Shown: positions 1-14,079, counted from the stretch's first letter. The stretch: DNA of 64,000 nt from Epiperipatus broadwayi (GCA_028023455.1 JAQFVV010000006.1:17174001-17238000); one strand, 5' to 3'. The notes: generated from the sequence alone by a model not told the origin. Numbers and translations: made by a program.

Positions 1-879
1 CTACCTCTGATCTTTTGACCAATTAAAAGAATTCTCTTCTGGAGCTGAAGAAAAGCAAGACTAATTTTAACTGAATCGTAGTTGGTTAAGTTATTACTAA
101 CATTTATAACTTAAGTAACCATTATAATTCTTTTCTTCCATCTTCATTTTTATCCCCTCATTCATCGTTAATTATTTACGATTGGCTTTTTTTAACAATT
201 ATAAATCTATTATAACTAGAATTTTGTCTTTATTTTCTAACTTTTATTCTTTATCTTTGGGTGTGCGTGTATGTTGGAATGGCACATTTGTGTACTTACA
301 TGTGATTGTTAATTAAAGGAAATAATAATCATCATTACTTTATCTCTAAGAAATTGAATAATGACAAGAAAGTGAAGTAGTTAGAGATCCATCGATGGAG
401 ACAGGGTGCAGGTGTTAAGACAGCTCATTCTTCTGACTGATAAAACAAATTTATAACCAGCCAGTTTGTTATATGTTGATTAATAAATAATAACATTAAA
501 ATTTCAATAATTAAACCAACTCATTATTTGTTTTTAAATAACTTGTTTATTGCTAATAAGGAATGTATTTATTACTTGTTAAATTCCTATCAATAATTAT
601 GAATACTTTTCATTCTTTTCTAAGTTTATATGAGTTTTTATTGTGAAAAATAAGAGGGGATCAGGAACATTTTATTTATGTAAATGAATAAAGGTTTATT
701 TATTTCTTTATTAGTTAAATATATGTCTTAATATATTTCTTTAATAAATTACTATTGTTTTGATTGAAAGACAATGACTATCGAAGGAATTAAATTTACT
801 GCTATAGTAGTTAAATTAGCTCAAGATAATAAACTCTTCCAGATCTATTGTTTAGCTTAAGTGTGAAAATTAAAAGCCA

Positions 880-1860
880 AAGGACGTTTTGGAATGTAGA
901 TTAAAAGATTAAATATCTTTTACATATCTCTTTGCGAGGTACAATCTCGCCAGCAGACTCTAATAGAGAACATAGGAAAGAAATTAATGACTAAGTTTGT
1001 CAACTGTTGAGTATCTGCTAATCTTTACTTTATTTTGTTTCTAATCAGTATTAAATGATTAGCTATAGGCCAGCTATTAGAAAAATAAATCCTATGCTTT
1101 CTTTTTTAAGTTTCATTCTGTCGTGAATATGGTAAACAACAAATATATTAACTCCATCCATAAGGGTTCTTTTGGAACATAAAGCTGAAATTCAAATCTA
1201 AAATATTAATTATTATCACCAAACGTTTCATTTTTCCAACAGTTGCCCTCTTGTGAAGCCTGAATAAAGGGGCGCAAACAACAGGCTAACTTTATTCACA
1301 TTATGTTTGTATCACAAGAGTGCGCTGCTGGAGAAAAAAAGCAACGTTTGATATTTTATATTTAAGTATATATTTTAAAAACACCATTAAACATTTGATT
1401 TATGATTGTTTTAACTCTTTACTTTTTTTTCTTGGCAAAGAATTGAAATACAAATTACCTGGCGGATTTACAAATTTTTGTAATTTGTCAGTAGAAATAA
1501 TAAACGCTCTCATCCTATTGATACTTTATGAATGAAATATAAAAAGTGCTATATAGATAAGAGATTAAATAGTGCTTAAATATTCCAACAGTCTTTAATA
1601 AAACAGTGGAGAAGAAATTACTAGGCTTGTCGCTGTTGAGTGATGAGATTTGAAGAATATCATAACGACTAACTAATTGCCTTATTTATTCTATTAGATT
1701 GTTAGTTGGGTTGGCTATGAACTAGCTATAAATAAATATTAGTTAAAGACTGATTGAAACTATTCTGTCAGATTGAACCCAGGTTGTGAGTATAGAAGAC
1801 AGGTACATTATTTCTATCCATAAGACCCAGTTCGTTTGGAACGTAAACCCAGCAGAATAA
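880..1860. repeat. Diverged direct duplication / old dispersed repeat
   Basis: ~890-1200 resembles ~1550-1860 (tagctat motifs, tccataag..ggaac.taaa). A weaker match lies near 18730-18790. Confidence 0.35.
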
Positions 1861-1878
1861 GAACTGTGATATACATTT

Positions 1879-1976
1879 ATAGTCAAAATAAAAGTCATAG
1901 ATCATTTCATAGATCACATGACCCTATCTCTTAAGCTTGTAAGTTGTAAAGGAATTGGCAATCCTCACTGTTTATA
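1879..1976 (-). repeat. Repeat related to the 55002-55346 palindrome locus, lacking the hairpin interior
   Basis: Shares aaaca(g/a)tgaggattgccaattcc and aacttacaagcttaagaga...gatctatgac..ttattttgac with 55002-55346. Confidence 0.75.
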
Positions 1977-2344
1977 TACATTTATATATTTCAAAATTAT
2001 CACTTGATCTGCCATCGTCTTAACTCTCATACTCTTTTTTTTTTCTCTAGGCAGAGGATTGAAAAACAAACTCTACCTGTAGGATTTGCTAATGTTTGTA
2101 ATCTGTTCATTTTAATGATTGTACAGATGGTCTCCTGTGAATTAAGAAAGTAGTAGTTTTCTGCAGGAATCACTTTCAAAATTAAAACAAAAGAGTGTAA
2201 TACCTTCTCTCTCTGACTATTAGTAAATTGATCTTCAATTTAAAATACCATTTAAATTCCAATATTGGTCGAATTCCAATATTGAATAGAATCATCTTAT
2301 AAATAATTTATTATTAAATATTTAATTGAAAACGAAGGATCTCA

Positions 2345-2420
2345 TATTGATAGATAGTGCATCCAACTCCCATGTTTTATGGCCTGGATTCAAATCATGG
2401 CAGTAACAAATAGCAAATGG
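2345..2420 (+). mobile_element. Degenerate tRNA-derived SINE head
   Basis: B-box-like ggcctggattcaaatcatggc with an A-box-like segment ~45 nt upstream. Confidence 0.3.
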
Positions 2421-3687
2421 ATATTTAACTATTCCTAGTTGGAGAGTGAGACAAAAGTGGAACAAATTATAAAAGTATCATCCTCTGCAATTGGAATGCT
2501 TACTGAATAATTCACTGTCCTCCACTGCTTCAGTTAGGGGTTGTTAAAAATGCATTTGTCCTACAATAAGACATATTGAACTTTTATAATTTTTATTTAT
2601 TAATAAAGCAATTACTTCTTCATCATATAGTTAAACATATAGAAAGTCTTCTCATATTTATTAATCTTTTGTTATAAATGGCACAGAACTAAAATCATAT
2701 GCATTTTACTTATATTCATATATCTTGACAAATAAATAAAGGATTTCAAAAGAAAATTGACTAATTTTATTCTGCAGGATTTGGGCAGTGGTTGAGTGGT
2801 TGATTTAATTTTTAAAAGTTCACATCTTGATTTCCAGTGGGAGATGGATGATTATAAATATCATCGTACTTTGATCAATTGAGTAAAAACTGTTTAGCTT
2901 ATTTTGGCTGGGTTATTAGAACATTACATAAATCTATCAAACAATATCAAGAGATTTTTTAAAATGTTTATTGTTGCTAATTTTCATTTTTTAAAATATT
3001 CAAATACCAAAATCTTAGTATCTGTCTACAGAATCTTCTGAAATTAAATGCAAGAATGAAATTTGAAATTTTTACAGGAAATCTTCCAATTTTCATAGAT
3101 ATGGAGATTACTTTTTTAAAATGCTTTTATATTAATTAACTTGACCTATCCGAGTTTCTGTCAAGATGTTCACATTTTTGAAAATTTAATAATGAAAAAA
3201 AAAAAAATGTTTCCGCTCAGAACTCAAACTCATATCATGACTCTTCCCAGGAGAAATCCTTAACAACTGAACCAACAGAAATATTATGTTTGTAGGGTAA
3301 AATTTTATTAATATTGATTTAACTCATATTCAATTAAAATAAAAGTAAATATTTTCTATTAATATCTGAATTATTTATCTGAAATAATTAATATTTCATA
3401 AATATTTTGTGAAAAAAATAAACATATAAAAAAAGATTAGAGAATTGTATGTGTTTTTATTTCCAAAATCAAAATGAAGGAATAGAACTGCAACTGTCAA
3501 AATCGTTGATAGCAGGCACTCTCTTGTGGATCAAGAAGTATAATAAAAAAGACTCACGAAGAAAATTATTTTATCTAAATTGAAATTATATGTTTTATTT
3601 GTAACTAAAAAGTAAATAAAATAATATACAAATATATTTTTAAAATATTGCTTTTAGTTAACAGCCAACTAAAAAGTAGAAAAATAA

Positions 3688-3816
3688 AAGTAATCCGAAT
3701 AAAAAAAACAGTGTTGTTTCATAAGAGCATTTGAGGGCTTTTTGTTGCCCTTTTGATTTTTATGGCCTCAAATGCTCTTATGACATGACACGACATGTTT
3801 TTTAGTCGGATTACTT
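3688..3816. repeat. Small inverted repeat (MITE-like hairpin)
   Basis: Perfect 18-bp stem tcataagagcatttgagg/cctcaaatgctcttatga, extended by aagtaatccga/tcggattactt. Confidence 0.75.
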
Positions 3817-4750
3817 GATTTTTCTTTTTTCTTTTAAAAAAATTTTTTTTAAAAAAATATTATTTTATTTGACTAATAAATGGCAATGAAAGCAAATAAT
3901 ATTAAATATAAAAAGTATTATAAACTTGGGCAAAAAAAAAAATAGAGGATAAATATATTATATTCACTTGTGGTTTATGCTTACGTTGCTGTCTTTTTTT
4001 CTCTTTACAATCATAATAGATTAGGATATAATTTAACCTCCAGAAGATTGAAAGTAGAATAATTTTCAATTATTCTCATTTAGGTATAAACTGATATTAT
4101 AATTTATATTGTTGTCAAAGATATAACAACATAATTTGAGAATTAGAAAATTTAGAATGCAAAATGAATTTCCAAAGACTAACCAGTAACAACAATAACA
4201 TAAAAAGTCCATTTGATAAAAAGTAAACTAACATTGTCTTATGAAAGATTGCAATATCAGTAATCACAAGTTATCATTTGATTATAGTATTCCATTGCCT
4301 AGTTATCCTTCCTTTCTTCTTGGGGGAGGGGGGGAACACATAGTAACTTGTGTTTTTATAATTAGTTTGCTGTTTAAATATGACAAAAATCATAATAACA
4401 GAAAACATGCTGATAATACCATTTTTTTAAATATTAATGATTAAACTCATCCATTAAATGAATAGATAAATTAAAAAATCTGATTTATAACTTTTATATT
4501 AAAGAAGTTTGCAACATGCAAACTGACCAGTTTTACTCCTTTATAATATTTCTAGATGTCAGTTTCAAAGTGCCTGGAATTAAATCATTTCACAACAGAA
4601 ATCATTAAGTTCATATAAAAATCTGATCTTCAACATCAAAAGTGTGGAACTCTGTTTAGACATAGCAGGTATTATTGAAGAAAAAAATATTTTTTTAAGA
4701 AGTATGAATAAGAATTAAAGCAGAGGAAAAAGATTTTCATTGGCCAAATG

Positions 4751-5004
4751 CCCTGCTTGTTTGGTGCGGTAGGTTGAGTGTCGTCTTGGGATTGGGAGGT
4801 CTTAGGATCGATTCTCATCTTCATAAGTCTGGCATTCAAACTTTTTATAAACTCCTGAGCAATGAAGCCATGTGGTTTGGTACAATAAGTAGAACATCTG
4901 ACTTGGGATCGGGTTGTCCCAAATTTGATGCTGACACTAGCAGGTCTGACACTCAAACTTTTGATGAATTTCCGAGCAATAAAACCATATGTTTTTTTTT
5001 TTTT
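4751..5004 (+). mobile_element. Dimeric tRNA-derived retroposon with oligo(T) end and 12-bp TSD
   Basis: attggccaaatg at 4739-4750 and 5005-5016. Two ~125-bp units, each with an A-box-like TGGT.C..TA.G, a CTTGGGA loop and a shared ct..cactcaaactttt.at.aa.t.c.gagcaat.aa.ccat tail. Confidence 0.7.
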
Positions 5005-5789
5005 ATTGGCCAAATGAACATTGAAAGCTACTATGTAAGTAAGGATTTTGTTTTAAGTAGTTTTATGTTATATATGTTTGACTAATTATTTAAAAGAAAA
5101 CAACAAAAAAGTTCTTTAACAAATTATGAATGCTTTTTTGAGTCAGTTTATGTAATTATGGATTATTTTTCTAGCATTGTTTCAATTTTTTTATACTAGT
5201 TTAAATTTAATAAGCTTTTTTTTTTTTTTAATTTATAAAAAAGCAAATATCTACTCTGACATATAAATTATAAACCCAACTTTGTTCCTGTTTTATTTTT
5301 TGATCCCTTCTCATTTTTATTTCCCAGTTGTAATTTATTTTATCATTGTTCTTATTTATTATTTTTAAAAAAATTCTTAATATTAAAAGCACATTTTCTT
5401 GTGCTTTGACAAACAGGTTGCTGATATTCTGTTGGTTTATTTTAAGCATTGACTTGGATCATGTGATTTCTGAGCTCAGTGCATTTAATAAACCAAATTT
5501 GCCTCAGTGAATTTTTTTATTTATTTTACTTCTGGATTGTATTTGTCATCTTATATTGAAATTATACTTGCACCTTCTCATCTGTAAAAACTTTTCATAA
5601 GACGGCTGTATCCCTTTTGCTATCTCTAATGTGTTTCTACTTTGTCTTCTATTTTTGTTATTTGCTCACTGCATTACTATTAATACTGACATTGGATAGT
5701 ATTGGGGTAGAATAATGTGTGAAAGAAAACAATTGTAACTTGTTCATATATTACCTTGAGTATTTTATCGAGGGAGAGAGAATGCTTCC

Positions 5790-6190
5790 TCATATATAGA
5801 TTTAGGAAAGCTTCAAGAAGGTCATTGTAATTAGAACTTGCAGTTGCTTGATGTGACTATGGAAATGGATCCTGTGTTAAAAGTTAAAAAATAAGATGAA
5901 TTGGATTTTAATTCTTTGCAATATATCGTCTATCACTATTCAATCCATAAACAACCAAGAATTTAATGTGGCTTTCATTGTTAGGAAGGATATATTGGTA
6001 ACAATTCCATTCGCCACAATGCTCATCTATGTTCTAACACTAACAAAGTGAAGACCAAATCAATAAAGTTGCAGACAAATTAGTGATTTTGTGATTGGAA
6101 TGTTAAAATTGGAAGTGGAAAGGAACAAAATGCTGTTAATCATTATGGACTTGAAAGTAGAACAGCACCATATAAGGATAAGGTCTTATG
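5790..6190 (+). mobile_element. RTE-like LINE endonuclease relic
   Basis: Broken frames give GKLQE, NVAFIVRK and DWNVKIGSGKEQNAVNHYGLESR, matching APE motifs of RTE ORFs. Confidence 0.6.
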
Positions 6191-6351
6191 AATCTAATAA
6201 TCTTTTTATTACTAACACATTTTAAACCAATTAAGATATTGATTGTATACTAAGGTATCATAAGAACTAAACTGATTATTAGTTTATATGGTTTTAGTTG
6301 TGCAAACATGGTCTCGAGCCAATTTTAAAAGAACAATTGGTTAAACTTGTG

Positions 6352-6443
6352 TAAATTTTGGCCTAGTGGCTAGCATAGCTGCCTTCCAAGCAACTGGCCT
6401 GGGTTCACTTCCCGGTCAATGCATTTGACATATGAGGAAAAAA
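6352..6443 (+). pseudogene. tRNA-Gly(TCC) pseudogene / founder-like SINE copy
   Basis: GGCCTAGTGGCTAGCATAGCTGCCTTCCAAGCAACTGGCCTGGGTTCACTTCCCGGTCAATGCA closely matches eukaryotic tRNA-Gly(TCC). The 5' acceptor strand is lost, and it carries the TGACATATG-G-An tail of the SINE copies. Confidence 0.8.
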
Positions 6444-7789
6444 ATGTGAAAAAGATCCACCATTTTTGACCAACCAAACAAGCAGAAAAATAAAAATGTC
6501 AAAAGACATTATAGTAACTGAAAAAGAAAAGATCACATCAGCCACCACTGTTTGGCAACTTGATCATAGACGTTCAGTTTGGGAAGCTCTGGTTCCAAAA
6601 TGTTGACTTATGTTGCCCCCACATTTATCTGTTAGTGTTGTGACTACATGTTAATTGGTACTACATGGTAAGTATTAATTTGGTGATTACAGGTATCATT
6701 TTTGGAACTTTTAATTTTGAAACATCTTCTCACAGATGGCAGCACTTCTTTTTTCAGATGTTTTTAATGTGTTACATGGTTTTGTGCACATTTTGAAAAT
6801 CAAATATGAATTCTGATATTTTGTCTCCTTTCTACAGTTTTAAATGGAATTCTTGTAACAAAAAGAGTGGTTATTCTCTGATTACCTTGAACAACAACCA
6901 TGTTTTGAGAGTTGTAAAGTAGTTAATAAAATTAGTTTCTTCTTGAAGTACATCAGATTCAAACTTCTTAATGACATGAACTAGTCTGGTGATGTTGATT
7001 TAATAGATCTACTACTATTTACAAGTCCCAAATTTGTTGGTTACACTTATTTGAAATAATATTTTTATGTGAGTATATTAATGATTATTACTGATCATTA
7101 AGCTAAAGATTACAATATCATTTTTAGTTCAAATATAAACTTTAAACTTCTTTATTAAATACAAACACATTGTATCATTGGTTTAACTCCACCCTTACAT
7201 CAAAAACACCTTGCTTTATACACACTCATTTTATATTTCCATCAAAATCATTTTTCTTTCTACACACACTTCAACTGGAAAGGATTTGCTTAGCTAGAAA
7301 TATATCTTGAGTGTAATTTGCTTTTTTTAAAAATTCCTTATTCACGTGTTTGTAGAAAAATGGAGGATTTACACTACATAATTAATTGTATTATCATTAA
7401 GAGTACAATAAATAGCTTTGGATTAGATTGAAGAGGCATATTCATGGAAGCAATAATTGCTACCTGATGAATCAGAGTATTCTTAAAAAAGGAAACATCC
7501 TTTTTGTTTTTTTGTTAACACTACTTGTTAATTCTGGAAATATTATATTTTCTTATAAGTTGTAAGAGGGAGGGGACATAAATTATTGCTGTCAAATTTG
7601 TGTCATCTAAGAATTCTTTTTCATTTTTTATTATCTTAGAGATTTTGATTAATCTCTCTATATATATTCACCAATTTAAGTTACCAACGCATTTTTGGTG
7701 TTTTGATCAATTTGTCATTACCTGCATTAAAATATAGGCTCCTATCAGTATTTTATATATACACGTTAATGGCGACTTTTATTTATAGG

Positions 7790-8176
7790 TCATCATCATC
7801 ATCAAAAATTATCAATCCACTGCAGGATGAAGGTCTCTCCAAGTTTAATCCATCTTCTCCGATCTTTAGCTTCTCTTCTTCACATCACCCCTGCACACTT
7901 TCTTATTTCATCCATCCATCTCACATGTGGTCTATTTCTGGGTCTTTTACAATCTCTTGGAATCCAGTTTAAGCTTTCAATTGTCCATCTATTATCATCT
8001 TTTCTAGCAGTATGTCCAGCCCAACTCCACTTCAATCTTTTAATTTTTTCAATGAGGTCAGTAACACCTGTTTGTTCTCTTACCCATACATTGCGTTTTC
8101 GATCTCTTCTTGTTACTCCCAACATGCATCTCTCCATAGGCAAAATCTTGGGTTTGGTAGTGAAAGCCAAGAACAT
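7790..8176 (-). mobile_element. RTE-like LINE 3' fragment
   Basis: LKWSWAGHTARKDDNRW...KRPRNRPHVRWMDEI with a (GAT)n tail at 7790-7803. Confidence 0.9.
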
Positions 8177-9239
8177 TTAGTGTCTTAACAATTAACCAAG
8201 TCAAATCACTTCCTATAAACTCTTTCAAATGAATATTGTTTATTCCGCCAACCCTTTTGAGCTTTTGAAGAGAAGTGTTAGAAAATGCTTTGTCTTATAA
8301 TGGGCTATTTAGGGTTAATATTTTTAAATATATATTCATTTTTAACTCAAGATTTTATACTTACACAAATTAAAAAAAAAAAAAAATCTTTCTGATGAAA
8401 TATACATTTTAAAATTATATTTATTAAATAAAAAGATACAGTCATATCTATTCTTAGCTATCTATTGCACTTAATTAGGGAACCTCAATTCCGCAATAGT
8501 TTATTTTCACAGCAAATTAGCATAAATTACATGATAGGTATACTGGCGTAAATCTGTTTTGGCAATTGGTCAAAAAAAAAAATTCACTGCCAAATATTGC
8601 TATCATTATAAATATGAACAATTTTTTTCTTTCTTTCTTTTTTTTTTTTTTGCGTGCAGGAAAAAAAAGAAATGGCATTCACCCAAATATTTAAGTTAAA
8701 AAAGTTATAAATTGTTGCTACTTTATTACTTTGATATTTTAAAACATAAATACTTGTTCTGTTCCGCACACACGCATTTACACACATTCTAATTCATATT
8801 TAACTTATATACATATTACACACGTTTCAATTCTTTAAGATCGAATTTTGTAGAATGCTCTATATTTTAGGAGTAAAATAATTCATAGTTTTGTCTTGCA
8901 TTTTCCGAGTCTTTAATATTATTTAAAAAAACAAGCATCACATCTCAAACCAAAGTCCAGAGGCTACCCCGTAAATCCTCATATCTATTTTCGTTTTTAA
9001 ATTCTCTCTGAACTTTTTGTTGTTGGTGTTATCCTCTTTGACCGTTTTCCAATACATTAAGCAATGACCGTATAATATGGTCGAAACGTTGGAGAAAAGA
9101 GAATTGGGCAATGGCGCATAAAATAAAACAAGATTTGAAAAAGTGTGTAAAATTAATTTGGTTTCCTATATAAGAGTTGTTATTATACTTTGAATTTGTA
9201 GACTAAGAAAAGGCATTTGATTCTATAAGCATTTCTTTA

Positions 9240-10225
9240 GTGGTACTGTCACATTCTGAAGAATATTTCTAACAATGCAGCAGCAACAATGACATTACAT
9301 AATGATACTAAAAAGATTAATATTGAGAAGGGTGTATGATAGGGTGACTCCATATCACCAAAACTTTTTACAGCAGTTTTACAAGAACTATTTTGTGATT
9401 AAAATGGGAAGCTAAGGGAATAAAAGTAAATGGAGATTATTTCACTCATCTATATTTTGCAGATAATGATGTTGTTTTTGCAAATAATGTTTTAGAGCTT
9501 CAGGAAAAATTGCAAACGTTAGCAGAAGAAAGTAAGAACATAGAATTAAATGTAAATGTTAATCTAAAGTAATGTTCAATGGATTTTCACAAAATAAGAA
9601 AATAAAGATTGATAATGATGAGTTAGAAGTTAAAAATTACAAATATCTTGGTCAGATTATTACTACAGATGAAAACATAATGGATGAAATTAAAATCATG
9701 CAATTAAACTTGTTTGGAGTGTTTTTGGTAAAAATGCTTTAATATTAAAAGGAAATATGCCAATGTGTTTGAAAAGAAAGGTTTTTAATAAATGTTTTAC
9801 CAATTCTTACTTATGGATCTGAAACTTGGATACTTACCAAACGAATGATACAGAGATTTCAGACCACCCAAAAAAGTATGGAGAGATAGATGCTAGCAGT
9901 AATAAGGAAGAGATTAAAAATGAAATACATGGGTGATAGAACAAACAGTTGTAAATGATGTCATTAAAAGTATTAAGAGACTGAAATGGATTTGGGCTGG
10001 ACATATTGCTAGAAGAGATGATAATAGATTAACAATTGAAATCTTAAACTGGATTCCAAGAGATTGTAAAAGACCTAGAAAAGTACCACATGTGAGATGA
10101 ATGGATGAAATAAGAAAGTGTGTTGTTGATGTAATGCAACAAAGAAAGTTTAGAGGTCCGAAAAGATGAATTGACTTTGGAGAGACCTTCATTCTTCAGT
10201 GGATTGATAATGGTTGAAAACGATT
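9240..10225 (+). mobile_element. RTE-like LINE RT 3' portion (decayed)
   Basis: KGV*xGDSISPKLFTAVL, YFADN (YADD equivalent), YLGQII, LKWIWAGHIARRDDNR; same 3' end as the other RTE copies. Confidence 0.9.
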
Positions 10226-11489
10226 AATGGAGCATATTTGGGAAGAAAAAGTGAAATACTTATTACTAAGTATTAATTTTATTAAATCTTTAATAGTGGC
10301 TTATCATAATTTTCTAAATCAATAACTTTTTTTACATATTTTTTTTAACACTTTTACATTGTAAATCTTTATTTTTTTAAAAAATATTTCTTTCATCGAC
10401 TTCCAAAGCTATACCTTTAAGTTATTCTACTTTCGTTCTTGTTCTTTTTACCTATAGTTATCACGTCTTCCTTCCATGCCTAAACAAATCATTTAATGAA
10501 CCCCTTTTAAAAATCAAATATCATATAAAAACACTTTTTCATCTTTATATAAGTTTTAGGCTTGTTTCTTTATCAAAGTTTTTTTAATTTTTTTAAAAAT
10601 AAGTTTTAACATTTTTATCTGTTATGGAGTCAAGAGTAAAAATCATGTTGAAGATTTAAGGGGTAGGGGTAATATTTGTAAAAGTTATTGTAGAACCATG
10701 AATATGAAAGTTTTAAAACTAAATAATCTCTGAAATTGGTTTAATTATTTATATATTATTTTTTTGCGTACTTTCCCAAACATAGTAATAAAAGCAATTT
10801 CTTTTCACTGATTTAAGTTCTTCCTTATGACAATCAATCTCAGAAGAATTTTCAGATTTCTGTAATGATCCATAAAGATGTGAGATTTTAAAGTTGCCCA
10901 CAATTTCTCAGGAACTATTCAATAAGTTATAACTGCTGATTAACTTAGAAGAATCGGTTGGTATTGTGTTCTTGGTTATATGGACCATTTAGTTATATTA
11001 ATCAGTTTCTCTGCTTGGACCATGTACAATTCAAAAGAGCTTCAGTTTCCAGCCTTAGTGATGAGTACATAAACAAGAAAGGATCATTGAGGAAAATCTT
11101 AGTTTTATTTATTACTCTTAATCATCTTACTAACTTAATATTTAAAAACTGAAATGTTACTTTCTCTTCTTCTTTTTCTGCTTATCCTTCAGTTGCTCAA
11201 TCAATAATATTGTTATTAGTTGTGTAACACATCCAAATTTTGTGAATATAATGTTTGTTAATTTTGATTATCATAGTTTTTATTTAACTTATTTTCACAA
11301 TTTTATCTTATCACATACTTGCCTTATATTGCAGTTCCATTATTTGTAGCTAAGCATAGAAGTGGGGGGGGGGGATTCAAATATAAATATTCCACCATCA
11401 GTTAGTTCTCAGATGGATAATGTAATTAAAATATGAAATTGTTAAACACCATCAGAAAGCTCAATTTGCAGAGCAATTTATTATACCTT

Positions 11490-11590
11490 GTCAAGCATTG
11501 ATAGCTGAGAGGTCAGCGCAACTGCCTTGCAGACGGTTGTTGTGGGTTCGCCTCCCAGTCGATGCTATGACATATGGGGGGGAAAAAAAA
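11490..11590 (+). mobile_element. tRNA-Gly-derived short SINE
   Basis: gtcaagcattg..agctgagaggtca...gggttcgcctccc.gtcgatgc tatgacatatgGnAn. Confidence 0.85.
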
Positions 11591-14079
11591 TTACCATACC
11601 TTTCTTTTTTTTAATTGTTCTTGTGACATACTGCACCCTGTGCTATAAAGTAAACTTTTTTGGAACTATAATTGCCACCTTCATTTTTTAATCTGATGTA
11701 GTTATCTTTTTGGAGGATGATTAGTCTTCACTTATAGAATTATCCCATCATCATTTCAGTTTTCTCTGATCAACAAGTCTGACGTTTTAGTGGCTCTTCA
11801 TTTCCAATATTAGCATTAAACCATCTTTTAACCACATAGCTGTTTCTTAAGCATATCCTTAGTGATACTGTGGACATTATTTTATTAAATTACAGCCAGC
11901 TAACAAATCAACTTCTTTGGTGTTTTATTTTAATTCATGCTTTTTTAAATGAAGCTAACCTTGTTTTTATTTTTTATGAATCTAAATATAATTATGAAAA
12001 CATTAGCAGAATGTGTCCATTTTATTTCAAAACTTGTTAGTCCTATATTTTTGTTTAAAAAAAATTCTGATACAGATATTTGTCTAGGTTCAGTTCAAAC
12101 TGATTTGTCTATTTTTTTTTTTTTTTATATTGGCATTGATATAGACATTTTCAAAAGCAAAACACACCCATATTTTTTTTATTTGATAAAATTGGATATA
12201 AGGTTCTGTGCCTGAAGTTGTAATTGTATTTACAAACCCTTAGACCATGCAGTTTTTCTGATTTTACATATCTGTTTAATAGAGACCCCCCCCCCGCACC
12301 TACTGTAGTCTCAATAATTGCAAGCATGGGTAATGTGAAGTTACTACATAGTAATCACATGTTTTGCCTTCATCAATGAAAACTTAGGGATTCAGATTAG
12401 TGACCATACACCTGATTGCCATCTTTAACTTCCGTTTATTAGCAAGCTTTTAGATTGAAATTTAAAAATAATCCACAGTTTTGAAATCAAGTGTAGAAAT
12501 AGGACAAATGGTCTTGTTAATATAGAAGCTTTCAGAATCAAGTGATAATGTGTTTTGTGTTTAACATGCTTTAAAAAACCATGTTTTCAACAAGACCATT
12601 ATAATATGTGATCTTTCATCAATATTTTTTTTAAAAAATCAGTAACATGCACTGAGTCTAATTATTTTGAAGACTTAACTCCAAAAAAAACAAACCTTGC
12701 CTGCAGCATTTTTGAGAAAAAAATTAATGACTGTCACTAAGTTCTGCCTTGAAACATACTATAGAAGATGGATCAATTTTTCAGTTCAAAATACAAGAGG
12801 CTTTCTGTTATCAATTGAACTTCCAGATGCTTTTATTGCTTTTAGATTATTCATGTATGTCACATATCTACAAAATAATCCACAAAATTCTGACCACTTT
12901 TTGCACATCATCTAAATATATATTATTTAAGATCTACTATTATATTTGTTTGACATCTTATCACTAATAATTTCTGATTTATTTCTGGATATATAGATGC
13001 CAGCCACATTGGAATTCTTTCTTAGTTATTAAGGAGATGGTATTACATAGACGTGAAAGTAAAGAACATAACCTTTCATATGTATGTGTGTGTTCTGTTG
13101 GGGTAATCTAATACGTAGTTAACATTAAGATATACTCTCCTTCCCACTTATGTAATAAGATATATTTCAAAGGTCATTTTAGTAAGATTTTTTTTTTTTT
13201 AATCGACAACGTAAAAAATACTTAAAATGCAAGTATAATTTTTTTAATATATAGTTCCTTGTGTTCAATACAGATCTACATTTTCACTTTCCACAATTAT
13301 GTTATTTAGACCAGGAATAATTGAAATTTAAGTATTTTTAATTTAGTATTTAGAAGTTTAGCATTGAAAACTACTAAATTTACACCTTTTTAAACAGTTG
13401 TAATTTAGAATTTTGACTTGAAAATTTTTATTTAACACAATGAAAAAAATTAAATTTTTAAAATATTATTTTAAATGTAAATTGTTTAATATAGATTCAG
13501 TGGCTTTCTGGGTTAATGATTTTGTCAATTGTTTTTTTTGCTTTCATTGATAAATTTCTTTTATTGAGAGATTGTATCCATCCCGTTTCTGTAGAGATGG
13601 GATGTGATGGATCCCTCTTTCTAATATTAATTCTCTAAGAAAGGTCAAATATCAATATCGTTCTCACGTTACGATATTTACGGAACATTTTTTTACTTCT
13701 ATATTCAAGATAAAATAATAAATATTCAAGTACACTGTAACTCTTATGAATATAAAATATGTTAGTTATGAAAACTTGATGGACCTCTGTTTAAATTTTA
13801 GAAGTTGTCACAGTTTAATAATTGGTTTAATAATATGTTAAATGCAAATTTAAACAGTCTTTTAAAAATAATGATTTTTCTGTAAGAAAATATGTGTTGA
13901 TGTTTTTACAATAGTCATTTAGCAGAAATCAAAATGTTCTATTACAACGATCCTTTATGTTTGGATATGCTCCTATTGATATCATATTGGCAGTTATACA
14001 TATTTAGAGAATATTCATATGTATATATTTAGAATACTTAAAAAAGTCATGGATAATATACATAAAAGGATGTAGTAAT

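Noticed and set aside
4672-5085. Overlapping 113-aa and 103-aa ORFs
   Set aside because: They coincide with the TSD-flanked tRNA-like dimer; the internal peptide repeats mirror the DNA duplication.
5757-5858. Minus-strand exon SHQATASSNYNDLLEAFLNLYMRKHSLSLDKILK
   Set aside because: It overlaps antisense with an RTE endonuclease relic, which explains its composition; exonisation is not excluded but is unsupported.
6352-6423. Functional tRNA-Gly(TCC)
   Set aside because: The 5' acceptor strand cannot pair, the T-loop is altered, and it carries the SINE tail.
7703-10192. ORFs 7703+, 7827+, 9914- (and 37669-) as host genes
   Set aside because: Antisense frames of RTE fragments.
11362-11374. 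Homopolymer G/C tracts (also ~20475, 42455, 54008) as functional G-quadruplexes
   Set aside because: Isolated homopolymers without shared context; common in such genomes and error-prone in assemblies.
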